DNA of 64,000 nt from Patescibacteria group bacterium. GTDB lineage: Bacteria; Patescibacteriota; Patescibacteriia; Patescibacteriales; UBA12465. The first letter of the stretch is position 1, and each line of letters starts with the position of its first letter. The DNA is taken from positions 8,629-72,628 of the forward strand of contig JBAYKT010000002.1 in assembly GCA_041664445.1 (NCBI GenBank). Reading direction: 5' to 3'. The notes under the pieces are model-generated. The model was not told the origin of the DNA. It saw only the letters and a program-made list of their open reading frames with translations, and searched no databases. The position numbers were made by a program, and so were the translations under genes. This document shows positions 1 to 10,009 of the stretch, piece by piece.

Positions 1-25
1 TTTTTTATCATATTTTTATAATTTA

Positions 26-751
26 TCAACTGCGAACTTCACAAACTCCGGCAGCCTTCCGGCCGATGGCCGCGAATTCAGTCATCTCTTTATCGGTGTA
101 AGCAGCTTTTCCTTGAAAAGTACCATCAACTAAATCAGTATCGGATTTAAATTTTTGCAAATACCAATTATTGGCGCCCTTGATTAATTCGCCCATTACC
201 TGAAAATCATCTTTATCTAAAAGACCGGGGACAACTGTTGTTCGAAACTCATGCGGCAGGCCGCTCTCAATTATAATTTTAACACTTTTTTCGAGATTAT
301 CACAGGCGACCAGCGCGTTCACCGTATTTTCATACTTAGCCAGCGGCGCTTTGATGTCCATCGCAATATAATCAATTAATTTTTTAGCTATCAGATCCTT
401 AAGCATCTCGGGATTAGTCCCGTTAGAATCTAGTTTAACGTCATAACCGATAGCTTTGATCTTAGCAATAAAAGAAGGCAGGTCGGGATGCAAAGTCGGC
501 TCCCCGCCGGTAATGACTACGCCGTCTAAACGGCCATATCTTTCCTTTAAAAAAAGAAAAAGGTCTTCAGGGGAAAGCAGAGAAAGACCTTTTTCTTTTT
601 TATTTTTTTCATCCTCTCCCTCACGGGTCAGGACAAGCATAGGGTTTTAACAGAAGTGGCACCGGAAATTACATCCTTGGGTAAAGATAATGGCCGCTAG
701 ATGATCGGGATAGTCGAGAATTGATAATTTCTCCAAACCGCCGATAATCAT
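26..751 (-). pseudogene. nrdG: Anaerobic RNR activating radical-SAM enzyme, interrupted by an in-frame TAA at 647..649 (true nonsense mutation or consensus error)
   Basis: Reading from ATG at 751 gives MIIGGLEKLSILDYPDHLAAIIFTQGCNFRCHFC*NPMLV..., in frame with the 26..640 ORF (GVVITGGEPTL, KLDSNG, YIAMDIKAP, EFRTT). The CxxxCxxC motif lies upstream of the stop. Confidence 0.85.
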
Positions 752-760
752 AGGGCTTAC

Positions 761-901
761 TTATTCAGCACAAACTTTAAAAGTCTTACGGTCCTTATAC
801 TCGCTGGCTTTCCCAGGATTATAATTTTTAACTGGGGTCAACCAACCGACAACGCGGCTGTAAACGATACATTCTTGTCTTTGAGTTTGTATAGGGCTCA
901 T
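761..901 (-). CDS. Stand-alone glycyl-radical (C-terminal) peptide of class III RNR, 46 aa; missing from the ORF track
   Basis: Manual translation gives MSPIQTQRQECIVYSRVVGWLTPVKNYNPGKASEYKDRKTFKVCAE, matching the NrdD C-terminal pattern YSRxxGY/WxxPxxxxNxGKxxExxDR. It lies between nrdD and nrdG. Confidence 0.88.
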   Translation of the reverse strand: MSPIQTQRQECIVYSRVVGWLTPVKNYNPGKASEYKDRKTFKVCAE

Positions 902-1007
902 ATTTTTTATGTCTACCAACTGCCTCTGTTTTGAAACATTAGAAGCGGTAGGTATTTATATTATAAATTATAATTTTACAAATTACAATGGCTATTAAAT
1001 TAGGTTT

Positions 1008-3068
1008 TTATAGCTGATTCTGTTCGGCTAAACGAATATCCTCTACACTTTCTTTAAAACCCAATTCTTCGTCGCACTTCGGACAATATTTATGCTCACC
1101 GGATAAATAGCCATGTTTAGGACAAATGGAGAAAGTCGGGGTAATAGTAAAATAAGGAAGCTTATAATTATTGACAATCTTTTGGACTAGTTTCTTGGCC
1201 GCATCGCCGCTTGGCATTCTTTCTCCCAAATAACCATGTAAAACCGTGCCGCCAGTATATTTGGTCTGTAAATCGTCCTGTAAATCAAGGGCGGAAAAAA
1301 TATCATCAGTGTAATTTACGTGAAGGTGGGTAGAGTTAGTATAATAAGGATCAGCTTTAAATTTCTGAACTGCTTCGGTATTGGAACAAGTAATGCCCGG
1401 ATAAACTTGCTGGTCTTTTTTAGCAAAACGATAGGTACAACCTTCTCCGGGAGTCGCTTCTAAGTTATAAAGATTATTGGTTTCATTTTGAAAATCCATT
1501 AATTTTTCTCTCATGAAGTCCAAAATTTCCGCTGCAAACGCATGCCCTTCCGGAGTGGAAATATCTTTGCCCATTAAATTAAGGGCGGCTTCATTCATAC
1601 CGTTAATCCCGATAGTGGAAAAATGGTTGCGCCAGTAATCTCCGAAACGAGCTTTAATATTTTCTAAATAATACATGGAGTAAGGGTAAAGCCGGTCATC
1701 AGTAAACTTTTCAATAATTTTGCGCTTAATTTCCAAGCTTTCCTTGGCAATTTCCATCAAATTAACTAATTTTTTCTTAAACTCTTCTTTGGTTTTAGAC
1801 AGATAGCCCAATCGTGGCAAATTAATTGTAACCACTCCTAAAGAACCGGTAAGTGGATTGGCACCGAATAAACCGCCGCCGCGCTTTCGGAGTTCGCGAT
1901 TATCCAAACGTAAGCGACAGCACATAGAACGCGCGTCATCGCGATTCATATCAGAATTAACAAAATTGGAAAAGTAAGGGATACCATATTTGGCGGTCAT
2001 CTCCCAAGCTGGCTTCAAACATTCTCGGTCCCAGTCGAAATCTTTGTCGACATTATAAGTCGGGATCGGAAAACCAAAGACCCGTCCTGTGGAATCGCCG
2101 GCCAACATTACTTCCGCAAAAGCCTGGTTAAACATGTCCATCTCTTTTTGAAAGTCCTTATATTTCTCCGGCATAATTTTGCCGCCAATAATCACGTTTT
2201 CTTCACCAATCATCGGCGAGGGAGTAACATCTAAAGTAACGTTAGTGAATGGGGTTTGGAAGCCGACTCTAGTTGGGACATTAATATTAAACATGAACTC
2301 TTGCAGCCCTTGCTTAACTTCTTCATAGCTCAGATTATCGTAACGAATAAAGGGTGATAGATAGGTATCAAAGTTAGCAAAAGCTTGCGCGCCGGCCGCT
2401 TCTCCCTGAAGGGTATAAAAAAAGTTAACAATCTGACCGAGAGCACTCCGAAAATGTTTAGGGGCATTACTTTGAACTTTTTCACTTACCCCCTTAAAAC
2501 CCTTAATCAATAAATCTTTTAAATCCCAACCGCAGCAATAAGGCGCTAACAGTCCTAAATCGTGAATGTGGAGATCACCGCCCACATGCGCCTGTCTGAT
2601 ATTCTCCGGATACATTTTATTCAACCAGTACTTAGCGGAAATAGCGGAAGCAATATAGTTATTCAAACCCTGAACGGAAAAACTCATATTACTATTTTCC
2701 TTCAAACGCCAATCAGCCCGCCCTAAATAATCTTCCATTAATTTTTCATCCGCGGTGCTATCGTTAATATCGCGCAACTGACGATGTTGGTCGCGATATA
2801 GAATATAATTTTTAGCGACTTTAATCTGCTTATTTTCCAAGAGGACTTCTTCAACAACATCCTGGACTTCTTCGACGGCTGGGATGCTGTTCTTATGAAA
2901 CTTAGAATTAAGCTTCATGACTACCTGGTCAGTTAATTTTTTAGCCAGATGCTTATCGTCTAGGCCAGTGGCAAAAGCGGCCTTGTAAATCGCTTTGTTA
3001 ATTTTTTCTTGATTGAAATCCGCGATTTCTCCCGATCGCTTGATGATTTTGCTGATAGTCTCTGGCAT
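1008..3068 (-). CDS. nrdD: Class III (anaerobic) ribonucleoside-triphosphate reductase with N-terminal ATP cone, lacking the terminal glycyl-radical loop
   Basis: ATP cone (IIKRSGEIADFNQEKI), HIHDL, YCCGW, SMCCRL, NLEATPGEG, YTNSTH and Zn site CPKH...CPKC. No RxxG motif follows. Confidence 0.95.
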   Translation of the reverse strand: MPETISKIIKRSGEIADFNQEKINKAIYKAAFATGLDDKHLAKKLTDQVVMKLNSKFHKNSIPAVEEVQDVVEEVLLENKQIKVAKNYILYRDQHRQLRDINDSTADEKLMEDYLGRADWRLKENSNMSFSVQGLNNYIASAISAKYWLNKMYPENIRQAHVGGDLHIHDLGLLAPYCCGWDLKDLLIKGFKGVSEKVQSNAPKHFRSALGQIVNFFYTLQGEAAGAQAFANFDTYLSPFIRYDNLSYEEVKQGLQEFMFNINVPTRVGFQTPFTNVTLDVTPSPMIGEENVIIGGKIMPEKYKDFQKEMDMFNQAFAEVMLAGDSTGRVFGFPIPTYNVDKDFDWDRECLKPAWEMTAKYGIPYFSNFVNSDMNRDDARSMCCRLRLDNRELRKRGGGLFGANPLTGSLGVVTINLPRLGYLSKTKEEFKKKLVNLMEIAKESLEIKRKIIEKFTDDRLYPYSMYYLENIKARFGDYWRNHFSTIGINGMNEAALNLMGKDISTPEGHAFAAEILDFMREKLMDFQNETNNLYNLEATPGEGCTYRFAKKDQQVYPGITCSNTEAVQKFKADPYYTNSTHLHVNYTDDIFSALDLQDDLQTKYTGGTVLHGYLGERMPSGDAAKKLVQKIVNNYKLPYFTITPTFSICPKHGYLSGEHKYCPKCDEELGFKESVEDIRLAEQNQL

Positions 3069-3097
3069 AGGAATTGAGATTGAAAATATGTGATTAA

Positions 3098-3556
3098 TTA
3101 TTTTTTTTCTTTAATGAGCTTATTAAGCTCCTTGCGAAATTCCTGAGCATCCTTGAAGGATTCATAAACCGAGGCATAACGAATATAGGCAACCGGGTCT
3201 AATTTTTTTAAATTTTTCATGACTGCTTGGCCAATCTGTTTGGAGGTTATTTCTGTCTTTTTCAATCTTTGCAAATCGCGTTCAGTTGAATGAACAAGTT
3301 TCTTAAACAAGTCTTCGGTAATCGGCCGCTTCTCACAAGATTTTTTTAAACCGCCAACGAGCTTCTCTCGACTATAGGATTCTCGCCGTCCGTCCCGCTT
3401 AACAATTACTAAATCCAAAAGTTCTATTTCTTCATAAGTGGAAAAACGGAAAGAACATTTTAAACATTCGCGCCGACGACGGATAGATAATCCATCGGAA
3501 GCCACCCGAGAATCTACTACCTTAGTATCAGGGTAGTAACAAATTGGGCATTTCAT
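3098..3556 (-). CDS. nrdR: Transcriptional repressor NrdR
   Basis: MKCPIC...KVVDSR...IRRRRECLKCSFRFSTYE Zn ribbon, plus ATP cone with VAYIRYASVY. Confidence 0.97.
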   Translation of the reverse strand: MKCPICYYPDTKVVDSRVASDGLSIRRRRECLKCSFRFSTYEEIELLDLVIVKRDGRRESYSREKLVGGLKKSCEKRPITEDLFKKLVHSTERDLQRLKKTEITSKQIGQAVMKNLKKLDPVAYIRYASVYESFKDAQEFRKELNKLIKEKK

Positions 3557-3582
3557 AAGGCTTATCGTTTAATTTGACTAAA

Positions 3583-3630
3583 AACCTATATTTTGTGGGG
3601 GTTTTTAAAGCGATACACTAAATCTTGTGT
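3583..3630. promoter_or_regulatory. Tandem NrdR boxes
   Basis: aacctatattttgtgg (3583..3598) and acactaaatcttgtgt (3615..3630) both fit acaCwAtATaTwGtgt. They are 32 bp apart start to start and lie between the promoter and the nrdR start. Confidence 0.85.
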
Positions 3631-3638
3631 CTGATGGT

Positions 3639-3667
3639 ATTTTAGCAAATTTTAAAAGAGGGGTCAA
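3639..3667 (-). promoter_or_regulatory. Sigma70-type promoter of the nrdR-nrdD-nrdG operon
   Basis: Minus strand TTGACC-17 bp-TAAAAT with an extended TG, directly upstream of the NrdR boxes. Confidence 0.7.
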
Positions 3668-3740
3668 AGCGACCCCTATTTTGCTAATTTTTAAATAATT
3701 ATAAAAATTATTTAAAGTTATCCACAATCATTTTTTAATT

Positions 3741-6503
3741 TTATTGAGGCTTTAGTTCAGAAGCATTGGTAATTTTAACCAAGGTGTTGCGATTAACAAA
3801 ATGATAATTATCTATTATGGTTCCGGTCGGCTCCAAAATACCAATAACCTTAACGCTTGGTAAGCCGAAGAAGTCTTTCAGGCTATCTCCCGGCCCTTGG
3901 ATAAGCTTTTCTTGTTTCATCATCGCGGCCTCATTATAACCAATAACCATTTCATTATCGCCTACAAACAAAGACCCCTCACTAAGTCTAAGCTCGCTCG
4001 GAAAAGCATCAATTCCTAGGAATAATTTTTGCTGACCATCTAGAAAATTAATTTTGGTTTCGTGTTTGGCAATAAAAACATTAAAATCAGCAGCTGCCTG
4101 TTTAGAAACCAATAAAACCGGCTGGCTACCCGCTTCCATATTGGAACTAAGCCTAGCAAACTCCCAAAAACCAAAACTAAAAACAATAATCATGAGCACT
4201 GGCGCAATTAGTGATAAGTAATTCCTCTTATTCGGCTTAAAATATCTCAAAAGTAAAGAATTGCCAACCACCGAAATAGAGCTGAAAGCCATTGCCAACC
4301 CTGCCAGCTCCGGTTTTAAGACTAGTCCGAAAGACATAAAGATCCGAGCGGCAATGGGAATACCAATTACATTATAAAACAGGGCAAAAAACATATTTTG
4401 CTTTATCTTACCCATAGTTTCGCGGGCTAACTGAAACGCAGTGACCACATCATTCAAGTCATTTTTCATAATAACAATTCCACCCGCTTCAAGCGCAACG
4501 TCTGTGCCAGAACCCATAGCAATGCCCAAATCAGCCTGTGCAAGCGCTGGAGCATCATTAATGCCATCTCCCACCATCGCTACCTTATAACCGCGCTCCT
4601 GGAGCTTTTTAACCTCATTGGCTTTATCCTCAGGAAGAACCTCAGCTAAGACATTATCAATTCCCACTTGAACGGCAATGGCTTTAGCCGTGCGTTCATT
4701 ATCGCCCGTTATCATATAAACAATGATGCCTAATTTCTTTAATTTAGCGATTGCTTCCGCCGAAGTAGCTTTAATAGCATCAGCGACCGCAATCACTCCC
4801 ACTACTTCATTTTTAGTGGCTAATAACATGACCGTTTTCCCTTGAGATTCCAGCTCCGTCAATTGATTATTGATGGCATCAACGGAATGCTCTAATTTCT
4901 CCGTTATTAAACGGCGATTGCCAAAGAAATATTCTATTCCCTTTATTTTTCCGCAAACCCCTAAACCGGGAATGGCTGAAAAATCTTTTATTTCTTTAAG
5001 GGCGATTGTTTGTTTGTTAGCAGAAGCATATATAGCTTCGGCGAGCGAGTGCTCGGATAATTTTTCTAAGCTGGCGGCTATCGCTAAAACCTCAGCGGAG
5101 TTAATATCTTGAAAAGCTAAAATATCGGTCACCTCCGCTTGCCCCTTGGTTAAGGTCCCAGTTTTATCAAATACCATGGCCGTGATTTGACAAGCGGCTT
5201 CTAATGGTTCGCCACCTTTAATTAAAACTCCATACTCCGCCCCCTTGCCCGTTCCCATCATTAAAGCGGTTGGCGTGGCCAAACCCAAAGCACAGGGACA
5301 GGCAATCACAATTACCGAGGTAAAGGCCATTAGCGCAAAAGATAAAGTTGCCCCCAAAACAAAATACCAAATACCAAAAGTCAAAATTGCTAAACCAATA
5401 ACCACTGGGACAAAAACAGCTGATATCCGATCAGCAAAACCTTGAATCGGCGCCTTAGAACCTTGGGCATCTTCAATTAAGTTAACTATCCGCGCCAACA
5501 CAGTTTCGTTGCCAATTTTTAATGCTTCAAATTCAAAGCTACCGGTTTTATTAATGGTACTGCCGATAACCGAATCACCGACTGTTTTCTCGACTGGCAA
5601 ACTCTCACCGCTAATCATTGATTCATCAACGGCTGACATTCCTTTAGTAATTTTCCCGTCTACCGGAATCTTTTCTCCCGGACGAACCAATACTAAATCG
5701 CCGCGAACAACTTCTTCCAAGGCAATATCTAACGTTTGACCCTGGCGAATCACGCGGGCGGTTTTAGCCCTGAGACCCATTAACTTTTTAATGGCTTCTC
5801 CGGTCTTGCCCTTAGTTTTAATTTCTAACCACTTGCCCAAAACAACAAAGGTAATTAAGTAGGCAGCGGTTTCAAAATATAATTCCGGGATCTTTCCTCC
5901 TAAACCAATAAGTGAGTCCGTCTTTATAAAGTAACTGATAAAATTAACTAAACTATAAACAAAAGCTGTAGAGGTGCCAATCGCCACCAAGCTATCCATA
6001 TTAAAGGTTTTCGTCTTTAAGCTTGACCAGAAGCCTTTATAAAAACCGGCGCCCACTACAAACTGGATGGGAATAGTTAGCAATAAAGAGATGATTCCCA
6101 CATAGGGCAACAAAGTGACCTTTCCAGGTATAGCAAAAAAATCCAAAAGCATAAAATACAGCATCGGCAAACTAAAAAAGAAACTAAACCAAAATTTTCG
6201 AGCATAAACTTTAATCTCTTTTTCTCGCTTGCGTCTTTCAAAATCGGCGTCTTGAGCGTCTATTTCCTCCGCCTTATACCCAGCCTTTTTAACAGCTTGG
6301 AGTAAAGATGAAATTTTTACTTCGGTACTATTGTAAAAAATACTCGCTTTCTCGGCGGCAAAATTAACGCTTGCCTGCTTTACGCCCGGAACTTTCTTCA
6401 AGGATTTTTCGATTAAATTAGCACACGAAGCGCAGTGCATTCCCGATAGCGCCAGATTAACCCGCTGGGCGGAAGTCTCTGTCGCCTTTTTATTATTTTC
6501 CAT
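3741..6503 (-). CDS. copA: Cu(I)-translocating P1B-type ATPase with an extra C-terminal TM helix and extracytoplasmic domain
   Basis: GMHCASC metal-binding domain, SGES actuator motif, CPC in TM6, [15 protein letters not shown] and MAFSS motifs; about 165 aa of additional C-terminal sequence. Confidence 0.93.
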   Translation of the reverse strand: MENNKKATETSAQRVNLALSGMHCASCANLIEKSLKKVPGVKQASVNFAAEKASIFYNSTEVKISSLLQAVKKAGYKAEEIDAQDADFERRKREKEIKVYARKFWFSFFFSLPMLYFMLLDFFAIPGKVTLLPYVGIISLLLTIPIQFVVGAGFYKGFWSSLKTKTFNMDSLVAIGTSTAFVYSLVNFISYFIKTDSLIGLGGKIPELYFETAAYLITFVVLGKWLEIKTKGKTGEAIKKLMGLRAKTARVIRQGQTLDIALEEVVRGDLVLVRPGEKIPVDGKITKGMSAVDESMISGESLPVEKTVGDSVIGSTINKTGSFEFEALKIGNETVLARIVNLIEDAQGSKAPIQGFADRISAVFVPVVIGLAILTFGIWYFVLGATLSFALMAFTSVIVIACPCALGLATPTALMMGTGKGAEYGVLIKGGEPLEAACQITAMVFDKTGTLTKGQAEVTDILAFQDINSAEVLAIAASLEKLSEHSLAEAIYASANKQTIALKEIKDFSAIPGLGVCGKIKGIEYFFGNRRLITEKLEHSVDAINNQLTELESQGKTVMLLATKNEVVGVIAVADAIKATSAEAIAKLKKLGIIVYMITGDNERTAKAIAVQVGIDNVLAEVLPEDKANEVKKLQERGYKVAMVGDGINDAPALAQADLGIAMGSGTDVALEAGGIVIMKNDLNDVVTAFQLARETMGKIKQNMFFALFYNVIGIPIAARIFMSFGLVLKPELAGLAMAFSSISVVGNSLLLRYFKPNKRNYLSLIAPVLMIIVFSFGFWEFARLSSNMEAGSQPVLLVSKQAAADFNVFIAKHETKINFLDGQQKLFLGIDAFPSELRLSEGSLFVGDNEMVIGYNEAAMMKQEKLIQGPGDSLKDFFGLPSVKVIGILEPTGTIIDNYHFVNRNTLVKITNASELKPQ

Positions 6504-6543
6504 AAATTATTTATAAAACTTGTTTATTGCTTATTTTAACACC

Positions 6544-6594
6544 TACCCCCCAGGTGTATAAGTTAATGATACATCGGACAGAAAAAGGAGTCAA
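6544..6594 (-). promoter_or_regulatory. copA promoter with a CsoR/RcnR-like operator
   Basis: Minus strand TTGACT(6589..6594)-17 bp-TATCAT(6566..6571). Just downstream, TACCCCCCAGGTGTA (6544..6558) resembles the TACC-G/C tract-GGTA operators of the CsoR family. Confidence 0.55.
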
Positions 6595-6603
6595 TCCGTA
6601 AAA

Positions 6604-6649
6604 TAAAAAAGAAGTGCCGATTCCGTGGCACCTCTTTTTAAATTTTTCT
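6604..6649 (-). terminator. Intrinsic terminator after ftsZ
   Basis: Stem gaggtgcc/ggcacttc followed by a T-run on the minus strand. Confidence 0.7.
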
Positions 6650-6655
6650 TATCTT

Positions 6656-7849
6656 TTACCCCATCTTCTTCCGGATAAAGGCCGGGACACTCAAGTCATC
6701 ATCTTCATTAACGGGTTTTTCTACTTTTTTCTCGGGAATCGTCGGCTTTAGCGGTAAATTTTTAAAGACAGAGGAAAATTTAGCTTTATTTCGGTCTTCC
6801 CTAGCGGCCAGATCTTCTTTCTCGGTTTCCTTTTCAGCAATAAAGGTGTTGGGAGTATAGGCAGACTTGGAAGTCTCGCCTTTTTGACTCTTACTGTGGC
6901 CGTCAAAACCAGTAGCCACAACGGTAATTTTTATTTGATCTTTTAATTTTTCATCAATTACGGCACCGAAGATAATCTTCGCCTCTTCATCGGCCGCTGA
7001 GGTAATAACCTTAGCCGCCTCACTCACTTCAGTCATGCTTAAGTCAGCGCCGCCAGTAATCGTAAAGACAATACCGCGGGCGCCATCGATGGACATATCC
7101 AACAAAGTGGAATTGATTGCTTGTTTAGCCGCTTCAACCGCCTTATTTTCACCCGAAGCAGTTCCAATGCCCATTAAGGCCGAACCGGCATTAGACATAA
7201 TTGCTTTTACATCGGCAAAGTCGGCGTTAATAATACCAGGAACAGTAATAATCTCGGCGATACCTTGAACACCTTGGCGCAAAACATCATCTGCAGTTTT
7301 AAAGGCCTCTAACAAAGAAGTTTTCTTATCAATTACTTGCAGCAACTTATCATTAGAAATAGTGATGATGGTATCAACCTTGTCCGCCAGCTCCGCATAG
7401 CCCCTGTCGGCAATATTCTTGCGCTGGCCGCCTTCAAACATAAAAGGTTTAGTAACTACCGCGACAGTTAAAGCTCCTTGCTCCTTGGCAATTTGAGCCA
7501 CTACCGGCGAAGCTCCAGTTCCAGTACCTCCACCCAGTCCGCAAGTAACAAAAACCATATCACAGCCCTTCAAAGATTCCTTAATTTCATTAGCCGATTC
7601 TTCAGCCGCTGATTTTCCAAGCTCTGGATTCATGCCGGCTCCCAAACCTCTGGTCACTGTTTTGCCAATATGAATTTTCTCGCTGGCCTTATTATAATGC
7701 AAAGCCTGAATATCAGTATTGATGGCGACAAAACCAACGCCCTTAATTCCACTGTCAACCATCCGGTTGATAGCGGAATTACCGCCGCCGCCGACACCGA
7801 CTACTTTTATTTTAGCAAATGTTTCTATTTCTGGTTTTACTTCAGCCAT
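6656..7849 (-). CDS. ftsZ: Cell division protein FtsZ
   Basis: [15 protein letters not shown] tubulin signature, INADFADV, C-terminal VPAFIRK. Confidence 0.99.
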   Translation of the reverse strand: MAEVKPEIETFAKIKVVGVGGGGNSAINRMVDSGIKGVGFVAINTDIQALHYNKASEKIHIGKTVTRGLGAGMNPELGKSAAEESANEIKESLKGCDMVFVTCGLGGGTGTGASPVVAQIAKEQGALTVAVVTKPFMFEGGQRKNIADRGYAELADKVDTIITISNDKLLQVIDKKTSLLEAFKTADDVLRQGVQGIAEIITVPGIINADFADVKAIMSNAGSALMGIGTASGENKAVEAAKQAINSTLLDMSIDGARGIVFTITGGADLSMTEVSEAAKVITSAADEEAKIIFGAVIDEKLKDQIKITVVATGFDGHSKSQKGETSKSAYTPNTFIAEKETEKEDLAAREDRNKAKFSSVFKNLPLKPTIPEKKVEKPVNEDDDLSVPAFIRKKMG

Positions 7850-7869
7850 ACGATTATAGTTATTATACT

Positions 7870-9132
7870 TTATTTTGGCATTATTCTATTGAATAGACCC
7901 TTAGTCTTTTCCAATAAACCGCCCAAGTTATTTTTAAATTTGTTACTGGCGCTGATTCCTTCGCCTTCAGTATGACTGCCCCAGATAACTAAGCCGAGAG
8001 CTGTTAAAAACTCCGGGTTTTTTACCTTATCAATTACCACGTTAATATTCTTAGCTTGGCCTAAAGCGGCCGGAAGCCTTAACTTCTTTTTAGCAGATTC
8101 TACCAAACCGTCAAGTTCAGCGCCGCCGCCGACAAAGATGACTCCGGCAGGAAGCATCCCCGAACGATCAATCCGACGGAACTCCTGGTCTACTTTTTCA
8201 AAAATTTCTTCGGCCCGAGCGTTAATTATTTCCGAAACATATTTTCTAGAAACGGTATTAATATCATCATTTACTTCTTCTTCTCTGACTAACTCGGAAA
8301 TATCAATCTCATCACGCTCTCCTTCTTCTAAGGTAACCGCGCTGCCATATTCGCGTTTAATTCTTTCTGCCAAATTAATCGGGCATCTTAAACCAATGGC
8401 GACATCGGCAGTGATATGTTCGGAGCCGATTGGTAAAATGGCAGTATGAATCAAATTACGCTCCTCATAAACAGCCAACGAAGTAGTAGAGGAACCAAGA
8501 TTAATCAAGGCCACTCCCAGTTCTTTCTGTTTAGAGCTTAATACCGCCTCGGCGGCCGCAAGTGGCGCCAAAACTAAATCTTCTATTTCAAGACCAGTTC
8601 TATATATTGCTTTAGTTAAATTTTTAATCTGAGTGCTTAGCCCTTGAACAATCAAAGTTTCCACTTCTAATCTAATCCCGTTCATCCCAATCGGGTCTTT
8701 AACATCTGATTGATTATCGACGCTAAATTTTATCGGAATAACATGTAAGATTTCATAGTTAACGGGGACGGCTAAAGCCCGCGCCGCTTCAATCGCGCGA
8801 TTAACATCGTTTTCATTAATTTCGCCATCGCTACGACCCACCGCAACTACGCCCTTAGAACGTTCGCATTTAATATGGGGGTCATTAATACTAACCCAGA
8901 CACGGCTAATTGGAACGCCAACCAAGCGTTCTGCTTTTTCTAAGACGGCCGAGATAGAGGAAGTCGTCTCTTCAATGCTATTGACTATCCCACGACTAAC
9001 CCCTGCCGTTGGTCCAGAAACCGCGCCGATAATTTGTAATTCATCGCCAGCCACTCCGGGAATCTTTTGACCGATTACCAAGCGGATAGAAGTAGAACCA
9101 ATGTCTAGTCCGGCGACAATATTATCCTTCAT
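7870..9132 (-). CDS. ftsA: Cell division protein FtsA
   Basis: [30 protein letters not shown] and a C-terminal amphipathic helix; adjacent to ftsZ. Confidence 0.97.
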   Translation of the reverse strand: MKDNIVAGLDIGSTSIRLVIGQKIPGVAGDELQIIGAVSGPTAGVSRGIVNSIEETTSSISAVLEKAERLVGVPISRVWVSINDPHIKCERSKGVVAVGRSDGEINENDVNRAIEAARALAVPVNYEILHVIPIKFSVDNQSDVKDPIGMNGIRLEVETLIVQGLSTQIKNLTKAIYRTGLEIEDLVLAPLAAAEAVLSSKQKELGVALINLGSSTTSLAVYEERNLIHTAILPIGSEHITADVAIGLRCPINLAERIKREYGSAVTLEEGERDEIDISELVREEEVNDDINTVSRKYVSEIINARAEEIFEKVDQEFRRIDRSGMLPAGVIFVGGGAELDGLVESAKKKLRLPAALGQAKNINVVIDKVKNPEFLTALGLVIWGSHTEGEGISASNKFKNNLGGLLEKTKGLFNRIMPK

Positions 9133-9241
9133 AGAATTAATATTAAATCGTTTAAATAAAAATACGGCAATATTTTAACAATATTTTCGTGCTCGCTATT
9201 TGCTGTTAATATTATACAAAATTTATCAGATTTTAACAATT

Positions 9242-10006
9242 CTAGAATAGCCCTAAATACCAGTTAATTATTCCTTGTCCATAAATTAAGGTAATAATAG
9301 CCCCAATCACTAAAAAGGGACCGAGCGCAATCTTAGATTTCCAGCCCTTGTTCTTAGAAACTAGCAAAATAATGCTAATAATTGAACCAATAAAATAAGC
9401 GCTAATTAGTGATAGTCCTAAATGACCCAGAACCGGAAAAGTAATTCCTAAAAGCAGGCCCAACCAAATATCGCCCTCGCCGATACCTCGTTTCTTGGTC
9501 AAAATATATTGCGCCCAAAAAAAGCCGCCGCCAACTAAGGCAGAAATCAGAAGAGCGAACACCGAAAATCCTAAAAATAAATTAAGAATCGCCACCAACG
9601 CAATGGTCGGCCAAACAACCATCATCGGCACCATTTGCCAGCGGAAATCATAAATGAAAATAATCATGAGACTAGAAATCAGAAACCAATCGCGAGCCAA
9701 CAACAGAGAAAAATTAGCAGAATCAGCGGCGTGCAAAAAAGTTAACACAAACAATAAAGAAGTAAAAAATTCCACTAGCGGATACTGCCAAGAAATCTTT
9801 AAATGGCAATGACGGCAGCGCCCGCGTAACCGCAAAAAGCTAAGCAAGGGGATGTTGTCATACCAAGCAATTGTCTGAGAACATGAGGGACAATAAGAGC
9901 GCCCTAAAATTGTATCTTCTTTATACAAACGCCAGACTAAACAGTTTAAAAAACTGCCAATCACTAAACCGATTGCGGCGGCGAAAACGCCAAAAATAAA
10001 TTCCAT
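9242..10006 (-). CDS. pilD: Type IV prepilin peptidase (A24)
   Basis: GSFLN, RSYCPSC, WYDNIPLLSF, GRCRHC, ISWQYPLVE, GEGD, ALGPFL. Confidence 0.93.
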   Translation of the reverse strand: MEFIFGVFAAAIGLVIGSFLNCLVWRLYKEDTILGRSYCPSCSQTIAWYDNIPLLSFLRLRGRCRHCHLKISWQYPLVEFFTSLLFVLTFLHAADSANFSLLLARDWFLISSLMIIFIYDFRWQMVPMMVVWPTIALVAILNLFLGFSVFALLISALVGGGFFWAQYILTKKRGIGEGDIWLGLLLGITFPVLGHLGLSLISAYFIGSIISIILLVSKNKGWKSKIALGPFLVIGAIITLIYGQGIINWYLGLF

Positions 10007-10009
10007 ATA

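Noticed and set aside
902-1010. Possible frameshift or readthrough joining nrdD to the glycyl-radical peptide
   Set aside because: The 106-nt spacer is out of frame, very AT-rich and contains another in-frame stop, and the small ORF has its own ATG; a separate gene is the simpler reading.
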